IMG/VR virus record: IMGVR_UViG_2645727700_000001
Span: 1-64,000 of that record
Strand: one strand, 5' to 3'
DNA: 64,000 bases
From: a virus
Lineage: Duplodnaviria; Heunggongvirae; Uroviricota; Caudoviricetes; Schitoviridae
The notes below the pieces were generated by a model. That model did not search any database, had not been told where the DNA came from, and was given only the letters and a program-made list of their open reading frames with translations. Below are positions 37,079 to 48,700 of the stretch, piece by piece. Numbering within the stretch: the stretch's first letter is position 1; each line of letters begins with the position of its first letter. The translations under genes were made by a program, and so were the position numbers.

Positions 37079-38266
37079 ATGACTGAACAAGTTAAAGGCC
37101 ATTTGTACGCGGACGGGAAATCTATTGGTGCTGATCAGCTCAATCCCCACTTGTATGAACGCAAAGCATTAATCGAAGCGCGTAAAGAGCAGTACTTCGG
37201 TCAGTTGGCATCTGTTAAAGCAATGCCTAAAAACCATGGTAAAGAGATTCGCTTGTACCACTACATCCCATTACTTGATGACGAAAACATCAATGACCAG
37301 GGTATTGATGCATCAGGTGCGAAGATCAAAAATGGTAACTTGTACGGTAGCTCTAAAGACATTGGTTCTATCCCAAGCAAAATGCCAGTACTCGGCGAAA
37401 CTGGTGGCCGTGTAAACCGTGTCGGTGTATCGCGTAAAGAATTAAAAGGTACGTTTGAGAAATTCGGTTTCTTCGCTGAATACTCTGCAGACCTCTTAAA
37501 CTTCGACTCTGACGCTGAATTGCTTATGCACATCAACCGTGAGTTGTTGAATGGTGCGATGGAAATCACCGAAGATGCATTGCAAATTGACTTGATCAAC
37601 AACGCAGGTACATTGCGTTACTGTGGTCCAGCTCTTGAAGATGGCGACATGGGTGCATCTCCGCACGCTGCAGCTAAGTACGAATTGACGTACAAAGACT
37701 TGATGGGCTTATCTATTGATTTAGATAACAACCGTACCCCTAAGAAGACGACTATCATCAAAGGTACTCGTTTGATTGATACGGTAACGTTGCCATCTGC
37801 TCGTGTTGCTTACTGTGGTTCTGAAATGATTCCTACTTTGGAAATGATGAAAGACCTTCACGGCAATCCAGCTTGGGTGCCAACCCACAAGTACGCTGCA
37901 GGTACAACTTTACTTAACGGTGAACGTGGCCAGATCGGTGAGTTCCGTTTCGTAATCGTTCCTGAAATGATGAAGTTTGCTGGTGCTGGTGCTGCCGCTA
38001 CTGATGCTGACTACCATGAAACTGACGGTAAATATGACGTATTCCCAGTCTTAGTCGTTGGCGATGAATCATTCACAACTATCGGTTTCCAAACTGACGG
38101 TAAGACAGTGAAGTTCCAGATCACTCACAAGAAGCCTGGTAAAGAGACGGCCGACAAAACCGATCCATACGGTGAAATGGGCTTCATCTCAATCAAGTGG
38201 TGGTATGGCTTCATGGTTCTCCGTGGTGAGCGTTTAGCATTACTTAAATCATTAGCTCGTATGTAA
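37079..38266 (+). CDS. major capsid protein
   Basis: 395 aa; strong SD AAGGAAG upstream; position after scaffold; size close to the roughly 401-aa N4 MCP (gp56) as recalled. Confidence 0.7.
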   Translation: MTEQVKGHLYADGKSIGADQLNPHLYERKALIEARKEQYFGQLASVKAMPKNHGKEIRLYHYIPLLDDENINDQGIDASGAKIKNGNLYGSSKDIGSIPSKMPVLGETGGRVNRVGVSRKELKGTFEKFGFFAEYSADLLNFDSDAELLMHINRELLNGAMEITEDALQIDLINNAGTLRYCGPALEDGDMGASPHAAAKYELTYKDLMGLSIDLDNNRTPKKTTIIKGTRLIDTVTLPSARVAYCGSEMIPTLEMMKDLHGNPAWVPTHKYAAGTTLLNGERGQIGEFRFVIVPEMMKFAGAGAAATDADYHETDGKYDVFPVLVVGDESFTTIGFQTDGKTVKFQITHKKPGKETADKTDPYGEMGFISIKWWYGFMVLRGERLALLKSLARM

Positions 38267-38298
38267 TTACTTACTTAAGTAAGTATGTAAGCAAGTAA
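38267..38298. promoter_or_regulatory. palindrome TACTTACTTAAGTAAGTA plus downstream GTAAG repeats, immediately after the MCP stop
   Basis: 18-bp perfect palindrome. Confidence 0.5.
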
Positions 38299-38356
38299 GT
38301 ACAAGGTGACTTACTTGCCTCTACAACCTCCCTCATTATTCAAAAGGAATTGAATC

Positions 38357-38938
38357 ATGTCTCAAGGACAAACACCTGAAAACGGTGAAGAAATCGTATA
38401 CACCCAAGACGAACGCGCAACCCTCATTCAACAAGCAACGATGTTAGGTATTCAGTTTCACCCAAACATCGGTACGGATACTTTGCGTGAACGTGTACAA
38501 GCCAAGTTGAAAGAACACACTGCTGACTTAGCTGATGGTCACTTTGAAACTTCACAACCTGTAAAGACTTCCGATGAGCACGCTGCTCGTATGGCTTTAC
38601 GTGATGAAGCAAACAAACTGATCCGTGTACGTGTCACTTGTATGGACCCAATGAAAAAGGAATTTCAGGGCGAGTACTACACCGTAGCGAACAGTGAAGT
38701 AGGTACTATCCGTAAGTATGTATTGTTCAATGAAGAATATCACTTACCAAACTTCATCGTTAAACAGTTACAGGCAAAGACATGTCAGATCTTCGTTACG
38801 AAGAAAAATGATCGTGGCGTTCCTGTTCGTACTGGTAAATCGATCAAAGCGTACAGCGTAGAGATCTTGCCTCAATTGACGAAGGATGAGCTTGCTGAAT
38901 TGGCTGCTGATCAACGTGCACGTAAGGCGATTGACTAA
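38357..38938 (+). CDS. hypothetical structural protein
   Basis: 193-aa ORF after the MCP. Confidence 0.45.
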   Translation: MSQGQTPENGEEIVYTQDERATLIQQATMLGIQFHPNIGTDTLRERVQAKLKEHTADLADGHFETSQPVKTSDEHAARMALRDEANKLIRVRVTCMDPMKKEFQGEYYTVANSEVGTIRKYVLFNEEYHLPNFIVKQLQAKTCQIFVTKKNDRGVPVRTGKSIKAYSVEILPQLTKDELAELAADQRARKAID

Positions 38939-39381
38939 TGAATAAAGTTACTCCGGAACAAATCGAATCGGTCATTGCCAAAGAGGAATACTTCACGTTG
39001 CCGGACTCAACGGTAACTTTGTGCTCACTTACTCTGGTGAATGGCATTGTGATGGTGGGCAAGTCGGCTTGCGTTGACCCTGCAAACTATGATGCAGCTC
39101 TCGGTGAGAAGTATGCACGTGAAGATGCTATCCGTCAGATCTGGCCATTAGAAGGTTACTTACTTGCTGAGAAGTTATCTAAGCAACCTCGCACACCTAA
39201 GGGCCGCGTGGAGCTGGAACTTGAAGAAGTACGCGAACGCTTTGCAGGTTTACACACCTTCATCAGTAATGGCCAACCTACAGGTATGTCAGACATCCAG
39301 TGGGACTTATTACATGAACAACGCCAACACATGCGTGCTTATGTTCAGGTTCTCGAAACTCGCTTAGAGAATTGGGAGTAA
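38938..39381 (+). CDS. hypothetical structural protein
   Basis: 147-aa ORF, ATGA overlap with the previous gene. Confidence 0.45.
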   Translation: MNKVTPEQIESVIAKEEYFTLPDSTVTLCSLTLVNGIVMVGKSACVDPANYDAALGEKYAREDAIRQIWPLEGYLLAEKLSKQPRTPKGRVELELEEVRERFAGLHTFISNGQPTGMSDIQWDLLHEQRQHMRAYVQVLETRLENWE

Positions 39382-39385
39382 GGCC

Positions 39386-40963
39386 GTGGAAGATGTGACC
39401 AAATCTCAGGAGTTGATGAAGCTCGACATTAAGGAACTGACAGAAGGTAAGGTAGGCGGTTCAGGTGTATTTGATGAGTTACTCACGGCGGTTCGGGAAC
39501 ATCTTACCGATGAGTTCAACAAGAACCGCATTCGTGGTGCTGACTACGCCAATGTATATCTTGGTGGCTTAAATGCAACACTTGCTCAAGCAACACTTTA
39601 TGCGACAGCTCGTTACCGACTTCCATGGGAATTACGTCTCCTGGAAGCGCAGGTAAAACAGGTTGAAGCTGAAATCCGTAACTCTGCTTTACAGGGTGGT
39701 TTGATTAAGGCCCAGACAGATCAGATCTTGTTAGAGATGACAAAAACACCTCACGAGATTGAGATCCTGAAAGGTCAGATTAAGCAGCAAGAAGCTCAGA
39801 CACTATTAGTCTCTAAGCAAACAGCCATTGCTGAATTTGAGTTAAGTCAGAAGCTCCCTAAAGAGTTGCTTATGCTGGATGCTCAAATGGAGCAGGTTAA
39901 AGCACAGACTGACAAAGTAGCATCTGAGAAAGATAACCTTACTGCTCAAACCAACCAAGTTGAAGCCAAGACTAAACAGGTCGCAGTTGAATCTAAACAG
40001 ATTGAAGCTCAGACCAAATTAGTTGGTGCTCAGACTGATCAGCTTACAGCTAAGTTACCGCATGAACTTGTAATTCTACAGGGGCAAGGTAAACAGGCAG
40101 AGGCTCAAACTAAGTTGACGCTTAAGCAAGTGGAGCAAGCTACTGAGGAACTTAAAAAGATTCCAGTAGAGGTGACATTACTTGAAAACCAAGTTACGCA
40201 TACAAAGTCACAAACGTCTTTGGTTGATGCTCAAAAAGAACAAGTCGAGTTAGCAAACAAGCAGGCACCTAAGCAGCTTGAATTACTATCTCAACAACTT
40301 CTACAGGCAGAAGCTCAGACACAAGTTACTGTGGCTGAAAAAGATCGTGTAGTGGCTGAGACTCGTAAATCTGGCCAAGAGGTTAAGAACCTTGAGAAAC
40401 AGGGTAATCGCATTGAATCGGAAACTAAACAGACTGACGCTCAAACCAAGTTAATTGATTTGAATGCCACGAAGGTTCCACATGAGATTCAAGGGATCAT
40501 TGCCCAAAACTCATTGATCGATGCTCAGGTAATCAAGCTTGGTAAAGACATTGCATTGCAAACACTTCAATTAGAAGTGAAACAGCAAGAGCTTGAGTTA
40601 TCTCGTAAAGAATTATTACTCAAAGGTCAGCAGCTTGAATTGCTCAAGGCTCAGGTGGCAGGTCAACAGCATCAAACTGAGTTATATGCTCAGAAGGTAA
40701 TTACTGAACAAGCCCAAACGCAAGGGAATGTGATTGGTAAAGGTTCAGTGTTGTTCTTCCAAAACGAGTTACTCAGTGCCCAGACTCAAGGTTTCTACCG
40801 AGATGCTGAGCAGAAAGTAGCGAAAATCTTAGTCGATACATGGTCGGTTCGCCGTAGTAACGATGATGGTGTCAAAGCAGATTCTACGAATCAGCTCTAT
40901 GACCCAACAATTGGTGCAGTAATCAAGTCGTTACTCGCAGGTATCAAGATCACACCAGTTTAA
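39386..40963 (+). CDS. coiled-coil virion protein with internal Q/E/K-rich repeats
   Basis: 525 aa dominated by repeated (K/E)QxEAQT(K/D) heptad-like units. Confidence 0.5.
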   Translation: MEDVTKSQELMKLDIKELTEGKVGGSGVFDELLTAVREHLTDEFNKNRIRGADYANVYLGGLNATLAQATLYATARYRLPWELRLLEAQVKQVEAEIRNSALQGGLIKAQTDQILLEMTKTPHEIEILKGQIKQQEAQTLLVSKQTAIAEFELSQKLPKELLMLDAQMEQVKAQTDKVASEKDNLTAQTNQVEAKTKQVAVESKQIEAQTKLVGAQTDQLTAKLPHELVILQGQGKQAEAQTKLTLKQVEQATEELKKIPVEVTLLENQVTHTKSQTSLVDAQKEQVELANKQAPKQLELLSQQLLQAEAQTQVTVAEKDRVVAETRKSGQEVKNLEKQGNRIESETKQTDAQTKLIDLNATKVPHEIQGIIAQNSLIDAQVIKLGKDIALQTLQLEVKQQELELSRKELLLKGQQLELLKAQVAGQQHQTELYAQKVITEQAQTQGNVIGKGSVLFFQNELLSAQTQGFYRDAEQKVAKILVDTWSVRRSNDDGVKADSTNQLYDPTIGAVIKSLLAGIKITPV

Positions 40964-40976
40964 ACACTGGTTCACA

Positions 40977-41001
40977 CAGAGGGCCGAAAGGCTCTCTTTT
41001 T
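40977..41001 (+). terminator. hairpin AGAGGGCC-GAAA-GGCTCTCT followed by TTTTT
   Basis: after the coiled-coil virion protein gene. Confidence 0.65.
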
Positions 41002-41018
41002 ATAAGTAGGTATGAGAG

Positions 41019-41213
41019 ATGGAACTCCAACTGCAATTATTTAAATTAGCTCAAGGCGAGCTTTACCGTTTACGTGAACAAATCAAAGCCGGCCGTCCAG
41101 AGGGTATGAGTGATGACCTTTGGGTAACATTGAAGATGGAACGTCTACAACTCACTGTATATGTACGCACATTGAAACGCCGTTTAGATCTTATCGAGCT
41201 TGAAGCGGAGTAA
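41019..41213 (+). CDS. small hypothetical protein
   Basis: 64-aa ORF after a terminator. Confidence 0.35.
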   Translation: MELQLQLFKLAQGELYRLREQIKAGRPEGMSDDLWVTLKMERLQLTVYVRTLKRRLDLIELEAE

Positions 41214-41216
41214 GCC

Positions 41217-43544
41217 ATGGGACTTTTTGGCTCAAGCAAGAAAACACATGTTTATACATCGGTTGCCCGGATGGTTGAGGACAAAGATATTCGTGTCTCA
41301 TCACAGACTGCAGTAGTTGAACATGTTCTTAATTCAACGCTACAGATTGAATCTGATGTGGTGCAGATGTCCTTGACTGACCATATCCGTGCTGCAGCTA
41401 TGAACTCTTTGCCTGCCAAAATGGACAAGTTCTACCGTTGGGCCAAGAGTGGTCAGTATCACTATGGCTTACCAAAATCCTCAGTTGTTCATGCTAATTC
41501 AAAGTTACTGACTACTGAGGTTCAGGCAATTTTGGAAGGGGAGTTAGGTACTACTGTAGTAATGGATTACGTGCAGTTAGGGGAACCCAACTACTACCAT
41601 TTCGCCTGGAAGATTTTAATTGATAAGTTCCAGTACAGCCCGGAAACCAATGAGTTGAGATCTATCTCGCCGTGGCACAAATCATCTTGTTTCTTGAAGG
41701 ATCTGCAGATCTTCTATACCGAAGATACGATCTCTCGCGTGACGGATACCCGCTACTTTGAACAATGGGGTATTGCTGCTACTGCCGGAGCGACTCCAAG
41801 CCGTTTGGCTAATCCTGAGGCCGAGCATACAACGTATGCGGTGGATGCGAAAGCCGATAAGGATTACGCCAAAGTAACGTATGAGTACAAGGATTCAAAA
41901 GGGAACATCACTACTGACACTCAAATCATCACCTTTGAACAGTACATCAATTCAGGTGATGAAAATGCTATGGAGGGCATGGAGAGTGAAACTACAGCTT
42001 ATGCACCTGATCCAGTTATTAACGAATCAGATTATGTTATGGGATGCGGGGTATACACCAAAGCAGGCAAAGAGACTCGCTATTACTTTACTTATGTTTT
42101 TGGTAGCGGTGGTTATCTTAGTTTGGACCGCATCCTTGAATCTCACGAAGACACTGGCCAGTTCTACCCAAGGCTTTATGCTCGGTTAAATAATCAAAAC
42201 TTGGCTGATTCTCGGCTTAAGGAAACTGATGCATTTAAATCAAGTAAGTCTGCTGGCCGTAAGATGGACTTGGAATGGCAGGGGTGGGTTGATCAAATCC
42301 ATGAAGCAGTAGAGAACACGAAGAATATTCGGCAGTGTTTCTTAATGCTGGGATTACCTGCTAATACCAAAGATCAGTTAACACTTAAGTATTTGTTTAA
42401 GTACTTTCACCGTCTCTATTCAGGTTCGGAACAACCTCGTATCTCGCGGGGTAGTGACTCTTTTAAACAGGAGTTTGCCACTTATGCCGTGAAAGGTGGT
42501 TCATCTATCGTTATCGAAGATGAGGCGTTTAGACAGGTACTTAGTTACAGCTCAATTGGTCTCAGAGACATTCGAGGCTCTATTGGTGCAGTTGGTACAT
42601 ACAAACTCGAAAGAGGGCGTGTGCGCGATAACAGGGGCATCATGCGCCTATTGTCAGTGGATTACCATGCCTATCAGTTCCAGATTACTGAGACTACATA
42701 CCGAGAAGTTAGGGTATATGGCTTGTCATTTACAGAGCAGGTATCCGGTGGCCACTCGACAGTTTCTAAAGGTGATAGTGAGAATCTCCTAATTCCCTTA
42801 GACCGGTCTATGCGTAATGAGTTTAGTACCCGAGAACGTGAATCCATTTATGCCAAGAGTCTGCATATCGTATTTAACACACTGCAAGTTGTTAAGAAGA
42901 AATGGTATGCGACCGGATTATTTAAGGTAGTGATGTTCATTGTCGCCGTGGTCTTGTCAGTGTTTACAGGGGGGCAATCAATCACTCTCTACACTGTAGC
43001 TATGGCTGCAGTGCAAGCAGTTGTTATCGGAATTGCCTTATCCGCCTTGGCCAAACTTGCCGTGAAGATTGGTATTAACGTGAAGATTGTCGCTGTAGTG
43101 GCGGTCATTGCAATGGCATACGGCGGATACTTGAATTTAAGCAATACCACGGGGATGTTCAATGTCACAGCGAGTACGATGCTTCAAGCCAGTAATGCCG
43201 CATTTAACTTCTCCGCTAAGGTAGGGCAATACGAGATTAAAGAGATTGCCAAAGATCAGCTTGAGTTTGAGAACTCAGTTAAAGACAAGGAAGAAGCACT
43301 CAAACAGGCACAGGAACTTTTAGGTAAAGGGCCGATGGTTGATGGCACTTTCTTTCTGGATCAGGCACCTCCGAGCAGTATGCCTTATCTAAATTTATAT
43401 CAGACACCCAATGAGTACTATACTCGCACCGTCCACTCTGGAAATGCGGCTGTAATCTCTTTGGATATGATCGCTTCCTATGTGGAGCAAGCTCTCACTC
43501 CTCCGAGTGCGAGTAAGACATTGGAATTTTTACAAGGAATGTAG
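41217..43544 (+). CDS. large virion protein with C-terminal transmembrane helices (candidate ejection/channel protein)
   Basis: 775 aa; hydrophobic helices VVMFIVAVVLSVFTGG and IGIALSALAKLAVKIGINVKIVAVVAVIAMAYGG. Confidence 0.5.
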   Translation: MGLFGSSKKTHVYTSVARMVEDKDIRVSSQTAVVEHVLNSTLQIESDVVQMSLTDHIRAAAMNSLPAKMDKFYRWAKSGQYHYGLPKSSVVHANSKLLTTEVQAILEGELGTTVVMDYVQLGEPNYYHFAWKILIDKFQYSPETNELRSISPWHKSSCFLKDLQIFYTEDTISRVTDTRYFEQWGIAATAGATPSRLANPEAEHTTYAVDAKADKDYAKVTYEYKDSKGNITTDTQIITFEQYINSGDENAMEGMESETTAYAPDPVINESDYVMGCGVYTKAGKETRYYFTYVFGSGGYLSLDRILESHEDTGQFYPRLYARLNNQNLADSRLKETDAFKSSKSAGRKMDLEWQGWVDQIHEAVENTKNIRQCFLMLGLPANTKDQLTLKYLFKYFHRLYSGSEQPRISRGSDSFKQEFATYAVKGGSSIVIEDEAFRQVLSYSSIGLRDIRGSIGAVGTYKLERGRVRDNRGIMRLLSVDYHAYQFQITETTYREVRVYGLSFTEQVSGGHSTVSKGDSENLLIPLDRSMRNEFSTRERESIYAKSLHIVFNTLQVVKKKWYATGLFKVVMFIVAVVLSVFTGGQSITLYTVAMAAVQAVVIGIALSALAKLAVKIGINVKIVAVVAVIAMAYGGYLNLSNTTGMFNVTASTMLQASNAAFNFSAKVGQYEIKEIAKDQLEFENSVKDKEEALKQAQELLGKGPMVDGTFFLDQAPPSSMPYLNLYQTPNEYYTRTVHSGNAAVISLDMIASYVEQALTPPSASKTLEFLQGM

Positions 43545-43546
43545 AA

Positions 43547-44068
43547 ATGAATTTACGAGACAAATGGAACGAGTTTAACGGCACAAACGATATGTGGCGT
43601 TCTCAAAATGGTTTCATGAATCAGAACCAATGGATGCCTCAATTAACCCCTCAGTACACGGAAGGTTACTCACCTTTCGGTACAAGTGTTATGGGCAATC
43701 AATTGTTTGGTGATGGAACTGCAATGCCTGCAGCTAATCAGGTCTATGGTTCACAGTTTATGCCAGGTGCAGGCGAACCTACAGGCTTAGCAAGTGCTTG
43801 GAGTAAATTCCAAGACTCAAGCCTTAAAGATCAAGCCAGTGCAATTGGTGCAACGGTTGGTGCTTTGGCCAATGGCTATCAGGCTTACAACTCTGTGAAG
43901 ACTGCAAAAGGTCAATTGGCGTTTGCTAAAGATTCTTGGAACAAGAACTTTGAAGCACAGCGCAAGACAACTAATGCATCTCTTGCAGACCGTCAGGCGG
44001 CACGTGTCGCAAGTAACCCAAATGGTTATCAGTCAGTAGATAGCTACATGAAGAAGTATGGAATTTAA
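43547..44068 (+). CDS. hypothetical virion protein
   Basis: 173-aa ORF. Confidence 0.4.
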   Translation: MNLRDKWNEFNGTNDMWRSQNGFMNQNQWMPQLTPQYTEGYSPFGTSVMGNQLFGDGTAMPAANQVYGSQFMPGAGEPTGLASAWSKFQDSSLKDQASAIGATVGALANGYQAYNSVKTAKGQLAFAKDSWNKNFEAQRKTTNASLADRQAARVASNPNGYQSVDSYMKKYGI

Positions 44069-44070
44069 TT

Positions 44071-45618
44071 ATGTCAGTTCGTTGGAATCAGCTTCAAGGC
44101 CCAGATTTCCGGTCTGGTAATGCCTTACTTCAACAGGGTCAACATCTCATGAATCAAGCGATTCAGGGGGCAACTCAGGGCGCAGTGAACTTCGCTGCAG
44201 CCCAAGAGAAGCAAAATACGGGGAAGCTCTTGGATTACATCCATTCAGCCCGTGACCCACAACAATTCCAGTCTGCAGAGTTTCAGGGTGGTTTAGCCAA
44301 TCTACGTGAACAATTTGGGAGAAACTACGATGCAGATACTATTCGCAGTTCTATGGATGGTCGTCTCGGGAAATTACAAGCCGATGCGTTAGGGGCACAG
44401 AAATACTCGGACACGATGAGTTCTGTAGCGGATCGGCCTTTACTTGCCCAATACATCACAGCAATGCAGAACGGGGACGTTGCCGGAGCACAGGCATTAC
44501 AAAGCCAGTTCCAGAACTTCACACCTGAGGCCATGCAGCAAGGTATGCAGATGCGTAAGATGCAGCATGGTATGGACTTACAGAATGCGGAGCTTAGTCT
44601 TAACCAAGATCGTAACAATTTAGGTTGGGCTAAGTTTGATTATCAAAAGGAACAGGATGCAGTTGATAATCGTCTTAAAGCTTATAAGGTCTATGGTGAA
44701 GGTTCTGGGGATCGCTATGAACTTGGTGCTGATGGTTCAGTGTTACAAACACATAACCAGTTAGGCAAGTTTGCCCCATTGATCGCTGAGGCTGCAGATA
44801 AGCACGGCGTTCCAACAAACCTTTTGGCAGGTCTGGTAATGCAGGAGTCTGCAGGCAATCCTAATGCACGTTCTAAAGCCGGCGCACAAGGGCTAACTCA
44901 GCTCATGCCTGGTACTGCAGGTGATTTAGGTGTGACTAACCCATGGGACCCGCAGCAGAACATTAACGGCGGTGCACGTTACTTAGGGCAAATGATCAAG
45001 AAGTACGGCAACCTTGAGCAAGCATTAATGGCTTACAACTGGGGGCCTGGCAACATGGACTCATACCTTAAAACCGGTAAGGGTGCTAAAGGTCAGGCAA
45101 TGCCTAAGGAAACTCGTGAATATGCTTCATCATTACTCAAGAAGGCTGCGGGATTTAATCAGGGCAATCCGGGTGCTTTAAAAACCAAAGCTGACCGTGA
45201 CTATATGGTGGCAACTAACACCGATAAGTGGAAAAGTGATCTTAAAAGCTGGGAAGCTGATGTGAAAGCTTTGCCTCATAATCGTGGCTCGAAGCTCCAC
45301 AGCCTGAACGAGTTCAAAGCAACGCACAAAAAGGGGAATGATCTCCTTAAAGGTTTGTCAGATGTACCTGAGTTTAAGAACCTTACACATGCTCAACAAG
45401 TGAGCCTAGCTGACAATGTTGGTAAATACTACGATAGTGTCCAAAAGGGTAATAAGTGGTATGAGCGTAAGGATAATCCAATCACCTTTGCACGCGACTA
45501 TGCTCAAAATGTGATGAAGACTCAAAAGACCTATGATCTGGCAATTCCACACACCCAAAACAAGATTCTTGAACTAAAGCGTAATAATGCTTTGGTAACT
45601 GAAAAGAATCGTAAATAG
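44071..45618 (+). CDS. virion-associated soluble lytic transglycosylase (SLT domain) protein
   Basis: SLT catalytic motif LVMQESAGNPNARSKAGAQGLTQLMPGTA. Confidence 0.7.
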   Translation: MSVRWNQLQGPDFRSGNALLQQGQHLMNQAIQGATQGAVNFAAAQEKQNTGKLLDYIHSARDPQQFQSAEFQGGLANLREQFGRNYDADTIRSSMDGRLGKLQADALGAQKYSDTMSSVADRPLLAQYITAMQNGDVAGAQALQSQFQNFTPEAMQQGMQMRKMQHGMDLQNAELSLNQDRNNLGWAKFDYQKEQDAVDNRLKAYKVYGEGSGDRYELGADGSVLQTHNQLGKFAPLIAEAADKHGVPTNLLAGLVMQESAGNPNARSKAGAQGLTQLMPGTAGDLGVTNPWDPQQNINGGARYLGQMIKKYGNLEQALMAYNWGPGNMDSYLKTGKGAKGQAMPKETREYASSLLKKAAGFNQGNPGALKTKADRDYMVATNTDKWKSDLKSWEADVKALPHNRGSKLHSLNEFKATHKKGNDLLKGLSDVPEFKNLTHAQQVSLADNVGKYYDSVQKGNKWYERKDNPITFARDYAQNVMKTQKTYDLAIPHTQNKILELKRNNALVTEKNRK

Positions 45619-45626
45619 ATTTACTT

Positions 45627-45644
45627 ACTTACTTAAGTAAGTAT
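45627..45644. promoter_or_regulatory. palindrome TACTTACTTAAGTAAGTA between the SLT gene and the vRNAP gene
   Basis: 18-bp perfect palindrome. Confidence 0.5.
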
Positions 45645-45712
45645 AATTAAACCCAAGAAAGGCAATGCGTAGCAGTACCATTGCCTTTTTCCATTTTAGA
45701 GGAGACATAGAC

Positions 45713-48700
45713 ATGGAACGTCTAGTAGCTAACCCTTTCATGGAGAAAGAGGAAAAAGTAGCGGCAGCTACAGCATCAAAAGTGGTACGTCAGGGTAACT
45801 TCGGTATCACTGGCAACCCACTACATAACCGTATTGATTCAGCCCGACAATCACTACAACGCTTCGATTCATTCCTTGAAGCAGACCGCAAGAAGCGCGA
45901 ACAAGAAGCCAATTACACCACTCCAAGCGATAACCTACGCAGATCCAGCCTTACTGAGCGTGCCCCTTCGATTGCACGTGTGTACGGCTCTCAGGCATGG
46001 GCAACAGTTAAGAAGGGTGTAGCGCAAGCTGCTGGTGGTCTAAGTGCAGGGTGGGCCGATCAGGAACGCATGAACATCCCGCGTGATGTGCAGGATGCCT
46101 ACAATCGTTATAAGCAAACTGGTTTAGCAACTAACCCAGAGGATGTGAAGTTACTTCATAGTCCGGCTTATCGTCAGTTCCAGATGGGTAATATTCAAGG
46201 TGAGAAGAAACCAATTGAAGGTAAGACTTTCCTTGAACAGCTTGAAGGTGCTGCAGCTTATGACAAAGAGGCTCAACGCCGTGTAGGTGATATGCGTAAT
46301 GGCATTCCTGACATGTTTGATTCTCATAAGCGCGTCAATCCGTTACTACAGGATGAGCGTGCTCAGGCTATGCAGCGTAACCGTGACAAGTACAACATCG
46401 GTGAACAACGTGCAAAGGCAGACGCATTAGAAGCTCAAGGCGAAACAGGCAAAGCTAAGGTTGTACGTGCGCTGGCAAACTTCCAGCAATTAGCACAGGA
46501 TACTATTGTTGCGGCACAACATCCGACAGCTTTAGGTCAAGACTTGGCAGCTATCGCACCATACGCAGTAACGGGTATGGCTGGTGCTACTGCAGGTGCA
46601 GGGTTACAAACTCAGGAAGATCATATCAACTCGAAGAAGCAGTACACGGAACGTACTGGTATTGCTATTCCTTCTGAGCTAGATGCAGCCAAAATGAAGG
46701 GTATGGCCGGTCTCAATTTTGCAGCAAACTTTGCTGAAAACATGGTAGTAGGTAATGCCCTCAAAGGTGGCGTTACTAACATGGGTAAAGCCTATGCTGC
46801 CAATGCTGCTGCAGGGTACACGCAGTCTAAGATTCAGACCGGTGCAGGTGCTTTACACTTTACCAATGAGACCGATCAAGAAGCGATTGAAGCTGCAGCA
46901 CTTGGCGGTGCTTTGGCGGGTGGTATTGCTGCACCTCATGCGACTTTACAGGCTGCAGGTAAAGCGGCTGATGTTGTAAAGGAAAAAGCATTTAAGGATG
47001 TTCGTGAGCAGTCAGCTCAACAACGTGCAACTTTTGAGGAGAATATTGACCCTACATCTACAAACTTCAACCCAAGTGAAGCCATTAACAAACAGACCCA
47101 GATTTTTGGCAATAAGGACGCATCTAAAGATGATTTAGATTTGGCACGTACAAATGCTAAGGATGCATTGCAAGCGGCTCATGACCGCTATGATGCGTTA
47201 GAGCGTAATCAACAATCTATCTCTGAGCGTTTAGAGGATGTTAACCAGTATCGACAAGAACTGGCTGACACCGAAGCAGCTTTACAAGCTGACCCAAATA
47301 ACGCTGCACTGTCAGAGTTCTACGATGGCTTGCAGGACTATATCAAAGAAGCAGAAGCCCAGCTCACTCCTGAATACCTTCAAAGTGCGTCAGACGCGCT
47401 GAAAGCAGCGTCTAAGCATAAGGACGATGCAATTGCAGCGTATGAGGCATTCAATGGCTTAAACGAAGTTAAGACCGACACTAAACAGTCTGCAGATGTG
47501 ACAACTAAGCATACTGAAACCTTGACCAACGAGAAGGCATCTGACGCTGAAAAAGCCAAAGCTGCTGAGCATGTCACCAACTATCCAATGATGTATAAGC
47601 CTGAGGATCTCCTACAGATTGCCGATGACTTATCTAATCATTTAACAGATGCTCAACGTACAACATTGCGTGAACTTTCAGATCTTCGTGTACAAGAGCA
47701 CATGACTAAAGGGCTTGATGGTGTATCTGCAGACATCAAGAAAGGAAGTCAAAACTATAAGAGTCTTGAGAGTTACTTTGTTGATCGTGATCGTGCAATC
47801 CGTTTAAAGGATGATTCACGCTTACGCCAGTTAAGTGATCAGTTCGACCGCTTACAGGCAAGCTTTGAGGTTAAGGATCGCCTTGCAAGCAAATTGTTCG
47901 ACCGTTCAAAGGAGACGGGGGGCAAGTACCAGGTAATCCGTACCGAAGCCGGGACATGGAAAATCAATACTGGTAAGTTGATGTCTGAGGCAGCAATCAC
48001 TAAAAACGGTGGTTTCACAATCCATAAAGGTTCTGAGAAACTGGTTAACAGCATTAAGACTGATGCGGCGAATGTAAGTAAGGCACATGGCTTATTCCAG
48101 AAGCTAGACTCTGCAGACTTCCGTTCAGTTGTCAAATCTGAGATTAAAGCTGAGACCGGTTCAACTTTACCTAAACAACCTGAACCGGTCTCAGTTCCTA
48201 CGCCGTTGGCAGTGCCAAAAGGGGAAGCTGTGGTCCCGAACTTGAAGGATGTAACTCCGGAAGTTCGTAAGGCGGAACGTGGTAAAGCATTTGAATCTCG
48301 TGATCTGGTTAAAGCTCACCTTAAGCAAAAAGTATCTCAAGATGGAACGAATCCTTTAATTGATATTCCTGACTTCCGTAGTGCCTATGACAAGGCTGAG
48401 GACAAACGTGCGTTCATTGATAGTCAAGTTAAGAAGCCTTTGAGTGATAAACAACACACTCAGGTACAACACTTTAATGAGTTCACCAAAGGTTACGATT
48501 CAGCCCTAACCAAGTTGTTCACGCCTAAGACCGGTGATAAGGCAAAGTACAACTATCAGGATATGGCTCAGTTCTTGGCAGCAGACGGTAAGTTACCTGA
48601 AAACACACGCACTGCTTTGGCTGTAGGCGCGTATCAGTGGCTTATTGAGAATGGCGCAACCACTCGTACCACTGATGCTGATATTGCCCGTTTACTGCAT